DNA from: a virus
Lineage: Duplodnaviria; Caudoviricetes
Length of the DNA stretch: 64,000 nucleotides
Reading direction: 5' to 3' (one strand)
IMG/VR virus record: IMGVR_UViG_3300032247_001693
Location: 1-64,000 of that record
The notes under the pieces are model-generated. The model made no database searches. It was not told the origin of the DNA and saw only the letters and a program-made list of their open reading frames with translations. The position numbers and the translations under genes were made by a program. This document shows positions 61,547 to 64,000 of the stretch, in pieces (the first letter of the stretch is position 1; every line of letters begins with the position of its first letter).

Positions 61547-64000
61547 ATAATGGGATTTTTAATATAAAAGAAGGATCTAATGCTAGTATTAATGGCGGAC
61601 TAGTTAGTATGCCTCTTGATACTAATGGTGGAGCTTCAGTTTTTCCAACTCCATATGGTTTGAGTGCTAGTAATCCTGATGAAGACTTTGTAGTAATGAT
61701 TGATACAACAATTAATGCTACAACAGCTAGTCCAACAACATTAATCCTTCCTATTACAGCGGGAGCAACTGTTGATTGTACAGTATTTTGGGGAGATGGA
61801 ACTAGCGATTACTATAATACTTCTGGAGATAAAACTCACACTTATGGTGGTCATGGGACTTATATTATTAGAATAAGGAGGACTTTATCCTCTCTTGGAG
61901 ATACAGCGGGTAGTGTCGGTTTAAACAGTTTGGGGTCTAAAACTATTAAAATCTTGAGTTTTGGAAACATAGGACTGAATAGTATTAATAATGCATTTGG
62001 TGGATATTATAGTACTGGAACAAAATCTTATATTCTTCCACTAATCGATATTCCATTATATCTGCCGTCTGGATTAACGAATTTAAATGCTCTATTTAGT
62101 TTCTGGGGTAGCGCTGCTGCTCAAAGCCCGTTAGCGATAAATACATATTTCCCACCATCTTTATACTCTTCCTCTTCTCAAAGAATAGCGGCAGCTATAA
62201 AAGGTTGGAATACCAGCAACGTAACAAATATGGGGAGTTTATTTTTTGGAAATACAGCACTATTAAATTCAATAAGTAGTATGAACGCTATTAGTAATTG
62301 GGACACTAGTAGTGTTACCGATATGAGTTATATGTTTTTTCTAAATTTTAGTTATCAAGGTCAAGGTGGGATTGCTCCCGACGTATCAAAGTGGAATGTT
62401 AGTAAAGTTACGAATTTTTTCAATATGTTTGGTTATGCTAGTTTTACAAATCAAGATTTTAGTAATTGGGATACTAGTAGTGCAATCAATATGGGTAGTA
62501 TGCTTGGACCAACAAACTTTAATAATGCTGGAAGTATTACAGGAGGTATTGCTTTATGGAATGTTGGTAATGTAACCACTATGGCTTCAATTTTTCGTAA
62601 TAATACTCATAATGCTAATCTTAGTAATTGGAATGTGGGGAAAGTTACAACATTTGATAATATGTTTTTAAGTTGCTCTTCTTGGAATAACGGCGGAAGC
62701 TCTGGTATAAATGGATGGAATACTAGCTCTGCTATTAATATGAATAATATGTTTAATGGGGCAAGTATTTTTAATCAACCTATAGGAAATTGGCAAGTTA
62801 GTGGTGTTACTAATATGAGTTCTATGTTTTCGAATACTAATAATTTTAATAATGGTAATAATCCTAATATTAGTGGATGGAATACTAGTAATGTAACTGA
62901 TATGAATAGTATGTTTGTAAATGCTAACAGTTTTAATCAACCTATAGGGTCTTGGAATGTTGGTAACGTTATTAGTATGAATAATATGTTTAATACGAGT
63001 ATTAATATAAATGCATTTAATCAAGATATAGGCTCTTGGGATGTTGGTAAAGTTCAAAATATGTTCAGGATGTTCTACGGTCTTTTTGGTGTTTTGGGTC
63101 GTAATTCATTTAATAATGGAGGATCAAGCAGTATTAGTGGATGGAATACTAGTAGCGTAACAAATATGAGTGATATGTTTAATGGAGCATATAATTTTAA
63201 TCAACCTATTGGTAGCTGGAATACTGGTAAAGTAAATACTATGAGTACTATGCTTGCTAATTGTACTGGCTTTAATCAAAATATTGGTTCTTGGAATGTT
63301 AGTGGAGTTACTACTTTTAATAGTATGTTTGCTGGTCCTACTACAGGATCTTTATTTAATAATGGAGATAGTTCTAGTATTAGTGGATGGAATACAGTTA
63401 GTGCTACTAACATGGCTAGTATGTTTAGTTTTTGTACTGGATTTAACCAACCTATCAACTCATGGAATACATCCAAAGTCACCGATATGAATAGTATGTT
63501 TAGTAATGCTAGTGGATTTAATCAAAGTGTTAGTTCTTGGAATGTTAGTGGAGTAACTAATTTTAGTAATATGTTTTTTAATGCTAGAGCTTTTAATAAT
63601 GCTGCTGATACTGGAATAGGAAATTGGAATACTGGTAGAGCAACTACTATGAGTAATATGTTTAACTATACATTATTTAATCGAAATATAGGAAATTGGA
63701 ATGTTAGTGGAGTTACTGATTTTACTTATATGTTTAATCAAACAAATTTTACCAATGGTGGATCAGCTAGTATCAGTGGCTGGAATACAAGTAGCGCTAC
63801 TGGTATGATTGGTATGTTTAGAGGACCAGGAAACGGTTTTAATCAACCAATAGGTTCTTGGAATGTTAGTAAAGTAACAGATTTTAGTCTTATGTTTAAT
63901 AGTAATGGAACATTTAATCAACCTCTTAGTGGTTGGAATACTTCTAGTGCCACCAATATGAATGCTATGTTTACTACTGCTTCAGCATTTAATCAAGATA
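61543..64000 (+). CDS. BspA-type / DUF285 repeat protein (truncated by window edge)
   Basis: The frame I read from GTG 61543 (overlapping the previous stop) appears open to the window end and was missed by the track because it has no stop. It has many W(N/D)(T/V)S.VT.M..MF...FNQ.IG repeats. Confidence 0.85.
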   Translation, partial: MNNGIFNIKEGSNASINGGLVSMPLDTNGGASVFPTPYGLSASNPDEDFVVMIDTTINATTASPTTLILPITAGATVDCTVFWGDGTSDYYNTSGDKTHTYGGHGTYIIRIRRTLSSLGDTAGSVGLNSLGSKTIKILSFGNIGLNSINNAFGGYYSTGTKSYILPLIDIPLYLPSGLTNLNALFSFWGSAAAQSPLAINTYFPPSLYSSSSQRIAAAIKGWNTSNVTNMGSLFFGNTALLNSISSMNAISNWDTSSVTDMSYMFFLNFSYQGQGGIAPDVSKWNVSKVTNFFNMFGYASFTNQDFSNWDTSSAINMGSMLGPTNFNNAGSITGGIALWNVGNVTTMASIFRNNTHNANLSNWNVGKVTTFDNMFLSCSSWNNGGSSGINGWNTSSAINMNNMFNGASIFNQPIGNWQVSGVTNMSSMFSNTNNFNNGNNPNISGWNTSNVTDMNSMFVNANSFNQPIGSWNVGNVISMNNMFNTSININAFNQDIGSWDVGKVQNMFRMFYGLFGVLGRNSFNNGGSSSISGWNTSSVTNMSDMFNGAYNFNQPIGSWNTGKVNTMSTMLANCTGFNQNIGSWNVSGVTTFNSMFAGPTTGSLFNNGDSSSISGWNTVSATNMASMFSFCTGFNQPINSWNTSKVTDMNSMFSNASGFNQSVSSWNVSGVTNFSNMFFNARAFNNAADTGIGNWNTGRATTMSNMFNYTLFNRNIGNWNVSGVTDFTYMFNQTNFTNGGSASISGWNTSSATGMIGMFRGPGNGFNQPIGSWNVSKVTDFSLMFNSNGTFNQPLSGWNTSSATNMNAMFTTASAFNQD

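Noticed and set aside
44985-64000. Stop-codon reassignment (alternative genetic code) as in some large phages
   Set aside because: Late genes are long and intact under the standard code, and no suppressor-anticodon tRNA was found among the 11 tRNAs.
59068-64000. Diversity-generating retroelement targeting the Mtd-like tail fibres or the repeat protein
   Set aside because: No reverse transcriptase motif and no TR/VR pair differing only at adenines was seen in the window.
1-64000. Integrase/recombinase, transposase, cas or rRNA genes
   Set aside because: No R-H-R-Y tyrosine recombinase, serine recombinase, DDE or HUH motifs, and no rRNA-like sequence, were recognised. Any enzyme acting on the repeated elements would have to be encoded outside this window or be unrecognisable.

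Overview
A 64-kb segment of a large AT-rich tailed dsDNA phage genome, probably infecting Planctomycetota (it carries a DUF1559/H-X9-DG prepilin-type gene). From 1 to about 44.8 kb nearly all genes are on the minus strand and form an accessory or early region of mostly small hypothetical ORFs plus 11 tRNA genes. From about 44.8 kb to the end the genes are on the plus strand and form the late module: sigma-factor-like gene, possible small terminase, GDP-mannose 4,6-dehydratase, HNH and ERCC4-like nucleases, large terminase with an Ala1 (class 3-type) LAGLIDADG intein, portal, protease/scaffold, decoration protein, major capsid protein, a free-standing endonuclease, tail-fibre-like proteins and a BspA/DUF285-repeat ORF that runs off the end. 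The most unusual structure is non-coding. (1) Between 21.5 and 42.8 kb there are 21 copies of a geometrically invariant double-palindrome element (9-7-9 / 28 / 9-7-9, extendable to 16-7-16 / 14 / 16-7-16). They divide the region into promoter-gene(s)-element cassettes. (2) Between 9.7 and 14.5 kb there is a tandem array of about 20 translationally coupled mini-ORFs that begin MKS(I/K/L)H(K/R) and share junction sequences. (3) There are head-to-head pairs of sigma54 consensus sites with fixed 3-bp spacing. (4) At least three further fixed-geometry motif families are layered around the cassette promoters. No integrase or recombinase, cas gene, reverse transcriptase or rRNA gene was recognised in the window. 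Protein family calls come from motif recognition only; no database searches were run.
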